A stretch of DNA of 64,000 nt from Myxococcota bacterium (GCA_965223415.1 OZ245002.1:96001-160000), one strand, 5' to 3'; positions 29,488 to 40,019 are shown, counted from the first letter of the stretch. The notes: generated by a model from the letters alone, not told the origin. Translations and numbers: made by a program.

Positions 29488-29871
29488 TCAGCCTCCACGT
29501 CCCGCGGCGAGCAGGTCGGCCACGAGGTGCTGGAGCTCCTGGGCCTCGAAGGGCTTGACCAGGTAGGCATCGGCGCCCAGCTCCAGACCCTTGGCGCGAT
29601 CCCGTTCCGAGCCCTCGGTCGAGACGATCACCAGCGGAATCGTCCGGTAGCTCTCGTTGCCCTTGACGAACGACACCAGCTCGAGGCCGTTGATGTCGGG
29701 CATGTTGATGTCCGTCAGGATCAGGTCGTAGCGCTGGCGCGGAAGCTGCCGCAGCGCCTCGAAGCCGTTCTGCGCCTCGTCGACCTTGACATCCGGATCC
29801 AGCTCCTCCAGTGCCTGCACGAGCAGGCTCCGCATGGTGCCGGAGTCCTCGACGATGAGGATGCGCGCCAA
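29488..29871 (-). CDS. cheY: CheY-like response regulator
   Basis: TTG start, ILIVEDS, LTDINMPDING, STEG, YLVKPF. Confidence 0.88.
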   Translation of the reverse strand: MARILIVEDSGTMRSLLVQALEELDPDVKVDEAQNGFEALRQLPRQRYDLILTDINMPDINGLELVSFVKGNESYRTIPLVIVSTEGSERDRAKGLELGADAYLVKPFEAQELQHLVADLLAAGRGG

Positions 29872-29915
29872 CCCCGTCCTCCCCGGGCCCAGAAGACCCA
29901 CCGGTGTGAGCCTGG

Positions 29916-29943
29916 CATCGGCGACGGCAGGGGATTTCTTGAG
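29916..29943 (-). promoter_or_regulatory. sigma28-like promoter, site B (cheY-cheA operon)
   Basis: CTCAAG-N15-GCCGATG. Confidence 0.62.
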
Positions 29944-30023
29944 TGCGCTCGAAGGGTTCCCGGCTCCGCTGCTCCGCCGCGTGGGGTGCCTTGGAAGCGA
30001 GGGCGATCCACCCCGCGACCGGG

Positions 30024-31619
30024 CTAGGCGGGCTCTTCGAGGGCCCGTTCGAGGGCGGCGCGGTCCAGCGCCAGGCCCGCGTGATGGAGGACCACCTCGA
30101 GGGCGGCAGTGTCCGGCAGGGGATCCGCGTCCGGCAGCATGTCGCCGTAGACCAGCGCGACGACCCGGTCGGCACTCTCGATCGGCGCGAGCCAGGCCTC
30201 GAGCGGCGTCTCGACGCCGAGCCGCGCCGCCAGCCCGCCCGCATCCTCGTCGCCGCGGAGGCACACGGGGGCGCGGTGCTCGATCACCTTGCGCAGGTCC
30301 GGGCACTCGGAGACGTGGGCCGCAACCTGCACGATGGCGGCGTCATCCGGGCCACCGGCGGCGGGCAGACCGCTCTGGGCGATCCCCTGCACCTCCTCGT
30401 CGCGGATCACGAACAGTGCGACGCGCCGGAAGATGCGACCGGCGAACTCCATCACGCGCGGCAGCACCTCGCCGCTGGCGGCCGATTCCCGTAGCCGCGC
30501 GCTCATGTCGCGCAGGTCCTCGACGGCCGGCGCCAGATCGGGGAGCCGGGGAGCCTCCCGGCCGACCGCCTCCATGAGGCCGCCGACCAGCTCCTGGCCC
30601 AGACGCTGCCGGGCCGGTGCGGCCCGCGGATCCGCCAGCTGGCTCGCCGCCGGCTTCGAGAGGCGCCCGTGGGTGCGCGCCTCGAGGCCCGCCGCGACCG
30701 GCCGGCCGACCTGCTCGAGCATCAGGATGCGCATCTGCGGCGCCTGTCGGGCGAGGCGCTCGACCATCTCGGCCGGCGAGCGCGCGCCGGACACCGGATC
30801 GGGATGGCTGTCGGTGGAGAGCACCACGAGCGGGACCTCCCCGCGCCGCAGGTACTGGCGGATGCGACCGACGCCCTGGTCGGTGTTCTGGAACAGGTGG
30901 GCCGGTCCGGACTGATCGGAAAGCGCGTCGCGCACCCACTCGATCACCGCGAGATCGGGATCGACCAGGACCAGGGGCGGCAGCGGGGGAGGCGGCCCGT
31001 CGATGAGATCGACGGCCGCCGGGGACGCAGCAGGCCGCTCGGGCTCGGCGGCGTGAGGCGTCTCCGTCACCGGCTGCGCGGCCTCCGGGGCGTCTTCGAT
31101 CGGCTCGAGCTCGACCGGCGCCGCCGGCGCCTCGAACGGGTCTGCCGCCTGGTCGGACGATGTCGGCTCCGCGACGACGGTTCCCCGGCCGCCGAGCCCG
31201 GCGGCGAACTCGTCGGCCTGCCGGGTGCCCTCGAGCGCGAGGAACTGAGGGTTCAGGCCGGGATCCAGGGTGAGGCCATCCGGCTCGTGAGGGGAGGCGT
31301 CACCCACCTCGAAGCTGAACTCGCCGGTCGGCCAGGTGAACATCTGGAGCACGCAGCCTTCGACGTGCTCGTGGACCGCGGTCTCGACGTCCTCCGCCGA
31401 GGCCGCCGGCGGCGGCGCCAGCCCGCGCTGCTCGAGGAGCTCGGACAGCCGCAGCGGGCCTCCGCGCACGGCAGCGGAACGGATGCGGCCCTGGTCGAAG
31501 AGGATCTTGCCCTCGCCGCCCTCCGCGCGCAGGACGAGGACACCGGACTTCCCGGAGAGACTGATGATCTGCAGGATGTCGCCGAGGCCCAGATCCTCGA
31601 GGCTGCCGACCAGGCTCAT
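30024..31619 (-). CDS. DUF4388 plus REC-like plus GAF-like protein
   Basis: MSLVGSLEDLGLGDILQIISLSGKSG; C-terminal VALVYGD. Confidence 0.8.
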   Translation of the reverse strand: MSLVGSLEDLGLGDILQIISLSGKSGVLVLRAEGGEGKILFDQGRIRSAAVRGGPLRLSELLEQRGLAPPPAASAEDVETAVHEHVEGCVLQMFTWPTGEFSFEVGDASPHEPDGLTLDPGLNPQFLALEGTRQADEFAAGLGGRGTVVAEPTSSDQAADPFEAPAAPVELEPIEDAPEAAQPVTETPHAAEPERPAASPAAVDLIDGPPPPLPPLVLVDPDLAVIEWVRDALSDQSGPAHLFQNTDQGVGRIRQYLRRGEVPLVVLSTDSHPDPVSGARSPAEMVERLARQAPQMRILMLEQVGRPVAAGLEARTHGRLSKPAASQLADPRAAPARQRLGQELVGGLMEAVGREAPRLPDLAPAVEDLRDMSARLRESAASGEVLPRVMEFAGRIFRRVALFVIRDEEVQGIAQSGLPAAGGPDDAAIVQVAAHVSECPDLRKVIEHRAPVCLRGDEDAGGLAARLGVETPLEAWLAPIESADRVVALVYGDMLPDADPLPDTAALEVVLHHAGLALDRAALERALEEPA

Positions 31620-31711
31620 GCGCTCCCCACCTCGCGGCAGCTCGCGGACGCGGGCCTCCCGCGCCGCGAGACCGCCTCGACGACGAAATCCTCCGACGAA
31701 ACCGTAGAATC

Positions 31712-31738
31712 CATCGGCCGACCCGGAGGGGACTTGAA
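31712..31738 (-). promoter_or_regulatory. sigma28-like promoter, site C (head of the Che cluster)
   Basis: TTCAAG-N14-GCCGATG. Confidence 0.62.
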
Positions 31739-31766
31739 CCGACCCGGTGTGGATCGGAACCGCGGT

Positions 31767-32399
31767 TCAGCCCGGCGGAAGGGCGTCGGGAGCGGCCCGG
31801 CGCGCCCGCGGGAGGACCGGCGGAGAGCCCCCTGGAGCGGAGCCACTGCCGGCGACCGTCCCGAGGCGTACCGGCACGCCGGCCCCGGCGGCGGCCTGCC
31901 GCACCCCGCGCTCGGCGTCCCGGCCGCGGCTGCCGCAGACCAGCCGAAGGTGCAGTGCTGCGGGCCGTTCCTGGAGCGCCAGGGCGGCCCCGCGCACCAC
32001 GGCCGCGCTCGCCAGCTCCACCGGGAAGCCCAGCACCAGCTCGTCGGGCAGGGCGATCGCCGCCCGGCCGGCGCGCAGGGCGACGGCGCGCCCGACCACC
32101 TCGCGGGAGAGGTCGGCCAGGTCCCGCTCCGAGAAGCCAGGCTTGGCACCCAGGCCGAACGCCATCACACACGGCGTCTGCAGCCGGCCGGCGCTGACGA
32201 GGAGTGTCGCCTCGCCGCGGGTACCGCGGATGCGCCCGGCCTGGAGCTCCTCGGACAGCAGCCCGCACAGCCGCCAGTCGACGTGAGCCGCCGGACCCCG
32301 CAGAGGCCGGTGGCTCTCGAAGAACGGCGCCACCAGCACGTCGGCCGCGATGCGATCGATGCGACCCTCGCACACGTCGACGGCCAGGGTGGCGGTCAC
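31767..32399 (-). CDS. Peptidase M17 N-terminal-like domain protein (no catalytic domain)
   Basis: RPLRGPAAHVDWRLCGLLS...GEATLL...FGLG. Confidence 0.65.
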   Translation of the reverse strand: MTATLAVDVCEGRIDRIAADVLVAPFFESHRPLRGPAAHVDWRLCGLLSEELQAGRIRGTRGEATLLVSAGRLQTPCVMAFGLGAKPGFSERDLADLSREVVGRAVALRAGRAAIALPDELVLGFPVELASAAVVRGAALALQERPAALHLRLVCGSRGRDAERGVRQAAAGAGVPVRLGTVAGSGSAPGGSPPVLPRARRAAPDALPPG

Positions 32400-32430
32400 G
32401 ATACGTCCTCCTTGCGGTGAGCCCCGGCGA

Positions 32431-32859
32431 TCACGCCGGGTCCTCGTCGTTCCGCCGGGCGACGGCGTCGAGGACGCCGTTCACGAAGCCTGGGGACGGA
32501 TCGCCGCCGAACATCCGGGCCAGCTCGACGGCCTCGTCGATCGCCACCTGCCGGGGCGTGCCCAGGTGCAGGAGCTCGCAAGCCCCGAGACGCAGCACGT
32601 TCCGGTCCACGGCGGCCATGCGCTCGAGCCGCCAGTTCCGGGCCGCCGCGGTGATCCGCAGATCGAGCTCGTCCCGGTGGGCCGCGACGGCGGCCACCAG
32701 CTCCTTGGCGAAGGCGCGGGCGCCCTCGGGCAGCTCGAAGTGGTCGGCGAAGGTCTCGAACACGGCCTCGGCATCCGCATCGCCGCCGAGATCGAGGGCA
32801 TAGAGCACCTGGAGCGCGACCTGGCGCGAACGACGGCGGGCGGCGGGAGCGGCGTTCAC
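32431..32859 (-). CDS. nusB: Transcription antitermination factor NusB
   Basis: RRRSRQVALQVLY, VDRNVLR, AIDEAVELA, FVNGVLD. Confidence 0.96.
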   Translation of the reverse strand: MNAAPAARRRSRQVALQVLYALDLGGDADAEAVFETFADHFELPEGARAFAKELVAAVAAHRDELDLRITAAARNWRLERMAAVDRNVLRLGACELLHLGTPRQVAIDEAVELARMFGGDPSPGFVNGVLDAVARRNDEDPA

Positions 32860-32887
32860 CGCAGGCTCCCGGCGACGAAGGTGACGC

Positions 32888-33364
32888 TCACTCCGGCACC
32901 CCGGCCATCGCTCGTCGCAGGCACGCCATCTCGATCGCGGCGAGCGCCGCCTCCTCGCCCTTGTGGCCGTGGCTGCCGCCGGTGCGCTCCAGGGCCTGGT
33001 CGACGTCGTCGAGGGTGAGCACGCCGAAGGCGACCGGCACCCGGGTTTCGTGCATCACGGCAGCGACACCGTCGGTGACTCCGCGACACACGTACTCGAA
33101 GTGCGGCGTGCCTCCCCGGATCACCGAGCCCAGGGTCACCAGGGCGTCGTAGCGCCCGCTCGCGGCCAGCTCCCGCGCCGCGAGGGGGATCTCGAAGGCG
33201 CCCGGCACCCAGGCGATGTGCACGTCGTCCGCCGCGCAGCCGCGCCGCTCGAGCTCCGCCACGCAGCCCTCCAGAAGCCGCGTCGAGATCAGCGGATTGA
33301 AGCGCGAGATCACGACGGCGACGCGCAGGCCCGTGGCATCACGGCTGGCGGGAAAGGTCTTCAC
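32888..33364 (-). CDS. ribH: 6,7-dimethyl-8-ribityllumazine synthase
   Basis: SRFN, VPGAFEIP, IRGGTPHFEYV, FGVLT. Confidence 0.96.
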   Translation of the reverse strand: MKTFPASRDATGLRVAVVISRFNPLISTRLLEGCVAELERRGCAADDVHIAWVPGAFEIPLAARELAASGRYDALVTLGSVIRGGTPHFEYVCRGVTDGVAAVMHETRVPVAFGVLTLDDVDQALERTGGSHGHKGEEAALAAIEMACLRRAMAGVPE

Positions 33365-34488
33365 GACCGGCGCGGGGGGTGGGAGGGCAAGATGCCGTGA
33401 ACGTACACGTCTTCTCCGAGGCGTCGAACCTCGAGCCGCTCGAGCTGCGGCCGGGTAGGGAGGGAAGAGATCGCGAGGGCGCCGATCGCCGCACGCCCGT
33501 CGCCGCCGAGCAGGGAAGGCGCCGCGAACCAGTGGAGCTCGTCGACGACAGCGGCGCGCAGGAGCGCGGCGGCGAGCCCGCCGCCTCCCTCCACCAGCAG
33601 CGAGTTGATGCCCTCAGCGGCCAGCTCCTCGAGCGCTGCCGGGAGGTCGAGGGCGCCGCGCCGGCCGGGCACCGCCAGCACCCGGGCACCGGCCGCCTCG
33701 CGAGCGCGGCGGCGGCGGGCCGGCGCCGAGCGGGCGCACAGCACCACGGTTCGCCCCGCGTCCTCGTCCCGGAACAACCGGCGCGTCGCCGGCACGTCGA
33801 GGCCGGAATCGACGAGCACGCGGACGGGACAACGCACCCGCGCGCCCTCCCGGCGCACCGTGAGCTCCGGGTCGTCCCGCCGGGTGGTGCCCGAGCCCAC
33901 CATCACCGCGTCCGCCTGATCGCGCAGCGCGTGGACACGGCCCCGGGCCGCCTCGCCGGTGATCCAGCGCGACTCGCCGGAGGCGGTGGCGATGCGCCCG
34001 TCGAGGGTCGCGGCCAGCTTGAGCGCCACCCACGGACGCCCGCGCTCGTGCACGGAGAGGAAGCCGCGGTGGTGCCAGCGGCAGGCCTCCTCGAGCACGG
34101 CGCCCTGCACCGCGATGCCCTGCCGCCGCAGCCAGCGCAGGCCGCGGCCGGAGACCGCCGGGTGGGGATCTCCGGTTCCAACGAACACCCGGCGAATGCC
34201 CGCTCGCGCGATCGCCTCCGTACAGGGGCCGGTGCGGCCCTGGTGATGGCACGGCTCGAGGGTCACCGCGAGAGAGGCTCCGCGTAGGGCCGCCGCACCG
34301 TGGCGCTGCCGCGCGCGCTCCAGGGCCACCACCTCCGCGTGGGCGCCGCCGGGCGGCCGGGTGCCGCCGGCGCCGAGGATCCGGTCGCCGCGGAAGACCG
34401 CCGCGCCCACGGCCGGGTTCGGGTGGGTCCTCCCCTGGCGGGCCCGGGCCCGCGCGAGGGCCCGGCGCATGGCGCGCTCGGGATCCAT
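33361..34488 (-). CDS. ribD: Riboflavin biosynthesis deaminase/reductase
   Basis: PNPAVG, HAE, TLEPCHHQGRTGPC, SRWITG, VEGGG. Confidence 0.95.
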   Translation of the reverse strand: MDPERAMRRALARARARQGRTHPNPAVGAAVFRGDRILGAGGTRPPGGAHAEVVALERARQRHGAAALRGASLAVTLEPCHHQGRTGPCTEAIARAGIRRVFVGTGDPHPAVSGRGLRWLRRQGIAVQGAVLEEACRWHHRGFLSVHERGRPWVALKLAATLDGRIATASGESRWITGEAARGRVHALRDQADAVMVGSGTTRRDDPELTVRREGARVRCPVRVLVDSGLDVPATRRLFRDEDAGRTVVLCARSAPARRRRAREAAGARVLAVPGRRGALDLPAALEELAAEGINSLLVEGGGGLAAALLRAAVVDELHWFAAPSLLGGDGRAAIGALAISSLPTRPQLERLEVRRLGEDVYVHGILPSHPPRRS

Positions 34489-34498
34489 CAGGAGCGAG

Positions 34499-34969
34499 TC
34501 AGCCGTCTTCCGCTTCGCCCGAACCGCCGAGGGTCGCGAAGAAGGCGTCGTAGTCGGCGGCGCTGGCGAACTCGCGGAACACGGAAGCGAAGCGCGCCGC
34601 CGCCATCACGTCCAGGCGCGAGAGCTCCTCGAGCACGGCGTCGCCGACGCGCTCGGTCGCCACCTCCGCCTCGCCGAGCTCCGAGAGACGGCGCTCGACC
34701 CGGTCGACGAGGCGTTGCAGCGCGTTCTCGCTGACCGGGCGCTTCGTGCACGCCTTCTGCACGCTGTGCTCGAGCTTGGAGCGGTCCCACTCCTCGCGAC
34801 GCTCGTCGTGCTTGATGACCTTGGGCAGCACCGACTCGAGCCGCTCCCGCGTCGTGAAGCGCCGGCCGCACTCGTCGCATTCGCGCCGGCGACGGATCTC
34901 GAGCCCCTCCCGCGTCAGCCGCGAATCGATGACGCGGTTGTTCGGGTCGTCGCAGAAGGGGCAGCGCAT
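34499..34969 (-). CDS. nrdR: Transcriptional repressor NrdR
   Basis: MRCPFC...RRRRECDECGRRFTT, RFASVFR. Confidence 0.96.
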   Translation of the reverse strand: MRCPFCDDPNNRVIDSRLTREGLEIRRRRECDECGRRFTTRERLESVLPKVIKHDERREEWDRSKLEHSVQKACTKRPVSENALQRLVDRVERRLSELGEAEVATERVGDAVLEELSRLDVMAAARFASVFREFASAADYDAFFATLGGSGEAEDG

Positions 34970-34972
34970 GGC

Positions 34973-36679
34973 CTAGACCGCGGTCTGCCAGCGGTCCGCG
35001 TAGAGCGGGAAGCGATCGCAGAGAGCGAGCACCTCGGCACGGACGGCCTCGCGCACGGCCCCGTCGTCGGGCTGCTCGAGAACCCGCGCCAGCAGGTCGG
35101 CGACGGTCGCCATCTCCGCCTCCGCCATGCCGCGGGTGGTGAGCGCCGGGGTGCCGATACGCACGCCGGAGGTCACGAAGGGCTTGCGCGGATCAAAGGG
35201 CACCATGTTCTTGTTCGTCGTGATGCCCGCCTCCTCGAGGGCGGCCTGGGCGGCCTTCCCACTCAGCTCCCGGCCGACCAGCGACAGCAGGAAGAGGTGG
35301 TTGTCGGTGCCACCGGAGACGATGCGGAAGCCCCGCTGCGCGAGCGCACCGGCGAGGGCTCGGGCGTTGGCGATGATCTGCCCGCAGTAGTCGCGGAACT
35401 CGGGACGCAGCGCCTCGCCGAAGCCCACGGCCTTGGCCGCGATCACGTGCATCAGGGGGCCGCCCTGCCCGCCCGGGAAGACGGCGCTGTCGACCTTCTT
35501 GGCCAGATCCTCGTCGCACAGGATCATCCCGCCGCGGGGCCCGCGGAGGGTCTTGTGGGTGGTCGTCGTGACGAGCTGGGCGTGACCCACGGGCGAGGGG
35601 TGGTGGCCCGTCGCCACCAGGCCCGCGATGTGGGCAATGTCCGCGAAGAGCAGCGCGCCCACCTCGTCGGCGATCTCGCGGAACTTCGCGAAGTCGATGA
35701 CCCGCGAGTAGGCGGTGGCGCCGCACTGGATCAGCTTGGGACGATGCTCCCGCGCCAGGCGCCGCAGCTCGTCGTAGTCGATCCGCTCCCTCTCTTTGTC
35801 CACGCCGTAGGGCACGATGCGATAGAGCTGGCCCGAGAAGTTGACGGGGCTGCCGTGGGTGAGGTGGCCGCCGTGGTCGAGGTTCATGGCCAGGATCCTG
35901 TCGCCCACGTCGAGCACGGCGCGGTAGGCGCACTCGTTGGCCTGGGAGCCGGAGTGGGGCTGGACGTTCGCGTGATCGGCGCCGAACAGCTCCTTCGCCC
36001 GGTCCCGGGCCAGGTCCTCCACCTCGTCGAGCACGTCGCAGCCGCCGTAGTAGCGGCGGCCCGGGTAGCCCTCGGCATACTTGTTCGTCGCCACCGAGCC
36101 CACCGCCTCGAGGACCGCCTCGGAGACGAAGTTCTCCGACGCGATCAGCTCCAGGCTCTGGGCCTGCCGCTGGGCCTCGCGCCGGAGGATGCTCGCAACG
36201 CCCGGGTCCTGCTGGGCGAGGGCGCCGTCGTGGGTGCGGGTGAGGCGATCGATCTGCTCCACGCGGAGGGTGTGGCGCCCGCCTTCGAAGGGCGTCGCCA
36301 GCCAGGCCGAAACGATGGCCCAGGCGTCGTCGGCCGCCGTGCGGTTGGCCGAGAGGGCCAGCACGTTGGCGTCGTTGTGCTCGCGGGCCAGCTTCGCCGT
36401 CTCCACGTCGTGGACCAGGGCGGCGCGGACCCGGGGAAAGCGGTTGGCGGTGTAGGTCACGCCGAGGCCGGTTCCGCAGATCACGATGGCGCGAGAGGCC
36501 GCGCCGTTCGAGACGGCGCGGGCCGCCGGTGCCACGAACTCCGGGTAGTTGGCGGACGCCTCGCCCTGGGGGCCCAGGTCGCGCACCTCGTGGCCCGCGG
36601 CCTCCAGGCGCTCCCTGAGGGCCGCCTTCAACGCCACCCCGCGGTGGTCCCCCGCCAGCAGAATCGGATCCCCCATCAT
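34973..36679 (-). CDS. rpiB-glyA: Fused ribose-5-phosphate isomerase B / serine hydroxymethyltransferase
   Basis: One frame: GDHRG, ICGTG, HNDAN, FEGGRH, then [34 protein letters not shown]. Start overlaps the fabF stop. Confidence 0.9.
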   Translation of the reverse strand: MMGDPILLAGDHRGVALKAALRERLEAAGHEVRDLGPQGEASANYPEFVAPAARAVSNGAASRAIVICGTGLGVTYTANRFPRVRAALVHDVETAKLAREHNDANVLALSANRTAADDAWAIVSAWLATPFEGGRHTLRVEQIDRLTRTHDGALAQQDPGVASILRREAQRQAQSLELIASENFVSEAVLEAVGSVATNKYAEGYPGRRYYGGCDVLDEVEDLARDRAKELFGADHANVQPHSGSQANECAYRAVLDVGDRILAMNLDHGGHLTHGSPVNFSGQLYRIVPYGVDKERERIDYDELRRLAREHRPKLIQCGATAYSRVIDFAKFREIADEVGALLFADIAHIAGLVATGHHPSPVGHAQLVTTTTHKTLRGPRGGMILCDEDLAKKVDSAVFPGGQGGPLMHVIAAKAVGFGEALRPEFRDYCGQIIANARALAGALAQRGFRIVSGGTDNHLFLLSLVGRELSGKAAQAALEEAGITTNKNMVPFDPRKPFVTSGVRIGTPALTTRGMAEAEMATVADLLARVLEQPDDGAVREAVRAEVLALCDRFPLYADRWQTAV

Positions 36680-37926
36680 GCCTCCCATCGCCGAAAGACC
36701 AGGGCGGCGTTGACGCCGCCGAAGCCGAATGAGTTGGAGAGTGCCACACGAACGTCCGCCGCACGCGCCTTGCCGTCGACGTGATCCAGGGCGCAGGCCG
36801 GATCGGGCCGGTCGAGGTTGATCGTGGGGGGCAGCTGCCCCTCGGCGAGGGCCTGGATCGTGAAGACCGCTTCGACCGCCCCGGCAGCGCCCAGGAGGTG
36901 GCCCGTCATGCCCTTGGTCGCCGAGACCGCCACCCGGTCCGCGTGCCCGCCGAAGACCTCGCGGATGGACTCCACCTCCACCACGTCGCCGGCCGGCGTG
37001 CTGGTGGCGTGGGCGTTGACGTGCTCCACCGCTTCCGGGACGAGGCCTGCGTCGGCCAGGGCGGCGCGCATGCATCGGATGGCGCCTCCGCTCTCGGCGT
37101 CCGGCGCCGCCATGTGGGCCGCATCCGCCGAGGCGCCGTAGCCGGCCAGCTCGGCCCGGACGCGCGCGCCCCGGGCGCGGGCGTGCTCCTCGGCTTCGAG
37201 CACCAGCACGGCGGCGCCCTCCCCCAGCACGAAGCCGTCGCGATCCACATCGAAGGGCCGGCTGGCCCGCTCCGGCGCGTCGTTTCGCTTGGACAGGGCC
37301 TGCATGCTGGCGAAACCGGCCATCACCAGGTCGTTCATCGCCGCCTCGGTGCCGCCGGCCAGCATCACGTCGGCATCGCCCACGCGGATGGCGCGCGCCG
37401 CTTCGCCGATGCCGTGGGCAGCCGACGCACAGGCGGTGACATGACACAGGTTCGGGCCCCGCAGCCCGTGGCGAATGGCGACGACACCGCTCGGCATGTT
37501 CGCGAGGGTCATCGGAATGAAGAAGGGGGACACCCGTCGCGGCCCCTTCTCCAGGTAGGTCCGGTGGTTCTCGAGAAGGGTCCCGATGCCTCCGATGCCC
37601 GAGCCGATCGCCACTCCGACGCGGTCCAGGTCGGCGACGCCCTCGAGGCTCGCGTCCCGGGCCGCCTCCCGGGCTGCGGCCAGGGCGAGGAGGATCGCGC
37701 GATCGTAGCGGCGCCGTTCCTTCGGGTTCAGCTCTCCGAGATCGAGCTCGCCCGCCACCGGCGCGCCGATGCGGGCGGCCAGTCGCGCGTCGGCCTCCGG
37801 AAGCGTCCGAATCCCGCACGTCCCCTCCAACGCTGCCGTCCAGCTGGAGGCGGCGTTCGGGCCGAGGGGGGTCACGCTGCCGAGTCCCGTGACGACCACC
37901 CGGCGAGAGGCGGCGGGGGGCGGCAT
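36676..37926 (-). CDS. fabF: 3-oxoacyl-ACP synthase II
   Basis: [37 protein letters not shown]. Confidence 0.96.
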   Translation of the reverse strand: MPPPAASRRVVVTGLGSVTPLGPNAASSWTAALEGTCGIRTLPEADARLAARIGAPVAGELDLGELNPKERRRYDRAILLALAAAREAARDASLEGVADLDRVGVAIGSGIGGIGTLLENHRTYLEKGPRRVSPFFIPMTLANMPSGVVAIRHGLRGPNLCHVTACASAAHGIGEAARAIRVGDADVMLAGGTEAAMNDLVMAGFASMQALSKRNDAPERASRPFDVDRDGFVLGEGAAVLVLEAEEHARARGARVRAELAGYGASADAAHMAAPDAESGGAIRCMRAALADAGLVPEAVEHVNAHATSTPAGDVVEVESIREVFGGHADRVAVSATKGMTGHLLGAAGAVEAVFTIQALAEGQLPPTINLDRPDPACALDHVDGKARAADVRVALSNSFGFGGVNAALVFRRWEA

Positions 37927-37935
37927 GGTGGGGGG

Positions 37936-38175
37936 CTACTCCTCGCCGAGCTTGCCCTTGAGGTACGAGATCGCCGACCCGATGGTCTGGATCTTCTCGG
38001 CGTCCTCGTCGGGAATCTCGACGTCGAAGGCCTCCTCCATCGCCATCACCAGCTCGACGATGTCGAGGGAGTCGGCGCCCAGGTCGTCGATGAAGGATGC
38101 CTGGGGCACCACCTCCTCGGCCGTGACGCCGAGCTGCTCGACGATGATCTCTCCGACGCGTTGCTCCAGTCCCAT
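37936..38175 (-). CDS. acpP: Acyl carrier protein
   Basis: [20 protein letters not shown]. Confidence 0.96.
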   Translation of the reverse strand: MGLEQRVGEIIVEQLGVTAEEVVPQASFIDDLGADSLDIVELVMAMEEAFDVEIPDEDAEKIQTIGSAISYLKGKLGEE

Positions 38176-38184
38176 CGGTCCCCC

Positions 38185-39126
38185 TCAACCAGCGGCGGCC
38201 GCGACGGCGACCTGCTCGATCTCGTCCATCCCGCTGGCACTCGAACGTTGGATCTTGCGATCGATCCGGGCCACCAGCCCGGAGAGCACGTGGCCCGGCC
38301 CCACCTCGAGGACGCGCTCGACGCCGAGAGCAGCGAGCTTCTGCACGCTCTCGGTGAAGCGCACGGCCGCGGTGACCTGGCGCCGAAGCAGCTCGGGAAC
38401 GCGGCCGCCCTCGGTGTTGGGCTCGGCTTCGACGTTCGTCACCACGGGCACGGCCGGGTCGGCGAAGCGGATGCGGGCCAGCTCCGCGGCCAGCTTGTCG
38501 GCGGCGGGCTCCATCAGGCTGCAGTGGAAGGGAGCGGAGACCGGAAGCGCCACCGCCCGCTTGGCGCCCCGCGCCTTGGCCAGCTCTCCTGCGCGCTCGA
38601 CGGCGTCGGCGTGGCCGGCGATCACCGTCTGCTGGGGCGAGTTCCAGTTGGCCGGCGCCACGACCCGGCCGGTCTCCCGCGCCACGTCGGCGCAGGCCGC
38701 CCGGGCGGTGGCGGCGTCGCCGCCGAGGATGGCGGCCATGGCGCCCTGCCCTTCCGGCACCGCTTCCTGCATGAAGCGGCCCCGCGCATGGACCAGGGCC
38801 GCCGCGTCCTCGAGGGAGAGGGCGCCGGCGGCGACCAGCGCCGTGTACTCGCCCAGGCTGTGGCCTGCGACGAAGGCGGGCTCGACCGGGGCGCGTTCCT
38901 CGAGGGCCCGCAGCAGGGCGATCGACGTCGTGAGGATGGCGGGCTGCTGGTTCTCGGTGCGACGCAGCTCCTCCTCCGGGCCCTCGAAGCAGAGCTTCGT
39001 GAGCGAGAAGCCCAGGGCCGTGTCGGCGGCCTCGAAGACGGCACGGGCCGCCGGCGACGCGTCGAAGGCGTCGCGGCCCATCCCGACCTCCTGGGATCCC
39101 TGTCCGGGGAAGAGAAGCGCGAGCAC
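38185..39126 (-). CDS. fabD: Malonyl-CoA:ACP transacylase
   Basis: FPGQGSQ, GHSLGEY, VSAPFHC. Confidence 0.96.
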   Translation of the reverse strand: MLALLFPGQGSQEVGMGRDAFDASPAARAVFEAADTALGFSLTKLCFEGPEEELRRTENQQPAILTTSIALLRALEERAPVEPAFVAGHSLGEYTALVAAGALSLEDAAALVHARGRFMQEAVPEGQGAMAAILGGDAATARAACADVARETGRVVAPANWNSPQQTVIAGHADAVERAGELAKARGAKRAVALPVSAPFHCSLMEPAADKLAAELARIRFADPAVPVVTNVEAEPNTEGGRVPELLRRQVTAAVRFTESVQKLAALGVERVLEVGPGHVLSGLVARIDRKIQRSSASGMDEIEQVAVAAAAG

Positions 39127-39133
39127 GGGCCCT

Positions 39134-39316
39134 CTACTCCTCGTCGGTTTCGACCACCGTGCGGCCGCGGTAGGTGCCGCACTGCCCGCAGATGCGGTGC
39201 GGAGCCTTGGGCGCGCCGCAGGACGGACACACGGACTTGGCGGGCGCTGCCAGCGCGTGGTGGCTCCGCCGCTTGTTTCGGCGCGACTTCGAGGTACGGC
39301 GCTTGGGGACGATCAT
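39134..39316 (-). CDS. rpmF: 50S ribosomal protein L32
   Basis: VPKRRTSKSRRNKRRSH, CPSC/CGQC zinc finger. Confidence 0.95.
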   Translation of the reverse strand: MIVPKRRTSKSRRNKRRSHHALAAPAKSVCPSCGAPKAPHRICGQCGTYRGRTVVETDEE

Positions 39317-39897
39317 TTCGGCTCTCCTTCCTCCGAGGCCAGGCGGTCGCGGAGACCGGCCAGGGCTGCGAAGGGCGAATGGGGACGCTCTTCCCGACAC
39401 TCACAGGATTCGACGTTGCGGTCGATCCCGCAGCTCGGGCAGAGACCGGCGCACTCCTCACGACACAGGGGCTTCTGGGGAAGCCCGGCGACGAGCACCT
39501 CCTGGAAGAAGTGGTCGAGCTGGACCTCACTGCCGCGAAACCACCCGGCCTCGAGCTCGTCGGAGAGCACCAGGCCGTCGCGCGCCAGGGTCTCGGCGCC
39601 CTCCGGATCGGCGGGAACGCGGGACCCGGCGGGCTCGAGCACCAGCCGGAACGGCTCACGGACCGGCTGACGATAGCGTTCCAGGCACCTGCCGCACCCG
39701 AGCTGGAACTCCCCCTCGGCGGTGCCCTCGATGTAGAGATCCTCCCCCATCCGGTGCGCCTGCAGGCGGAAACGGGCCGGTTGGGCCAACGCCCGGGCCA
39801 GCTCCGGATCCGCGGACCAACGCTCCAGCCAGTCCGCGGCGCCAGCGAACTCGAGCTCGCTCGGATCCTCGGTCAGCCGGTCGACGAGCAGCTCCAC
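39313..39897 (-). CDS. yceD: YceD/DUF177 family protein
   Basis: CGRCL, PLCREECAGLCPSCG, SPFAAL; upstream of rpmF; probable GTG start after AGAGGA. Confidence 0.88.
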   Translation of the reverse strand: MELLVDRLTEDPSELEFAGAADWLERWSADPELARALAQPARFRLQAHRMGEDLYIEGTAEGEFQLGCGRCLERYRQPVREPFRLVLEPAGSRVPADPEGAETLARDGLVLSDELEAGWFRGSEVQLDHFFQEVLVAGLPQKPLCREECAGLCPSCGIDRNVESCECREERPHSPFAALAGLRDRLASEEGEPK

Positions 39898-39977
39898 CTG
39901 GAAATCCTCTTCTTTCCCGAAGAGTTGGGAAGACGTGGCGATAGCAGAACCGGCGCCGGCCTGGCAAGCCGGGCACC

Positions 39978-40005
39978 TTGAGGAATGGCCGCGAAGCCCT
40001 ACTCT
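39978..40005 (+). promoter_or_regulatory. sigma70-type promoter of tRNA-Gln
   Basis: TTGAGG-N16-TACTCT, 14 nt before the tRNA. Confidence 0.5.
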
Positions 40006-40019
40006 CGGCGCGGATCCGC

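Noticed and set aside
34973..38188. 1071-aa track ORF as a giant fusion
   Set aside because: The part upstream of 36679 is an off-frame reading of acpP and fabF; only RpiB-GlyA is real. The same applies to track ORFs 39313..42225, 56312..60322, 12382..15252 and 18627..21017.
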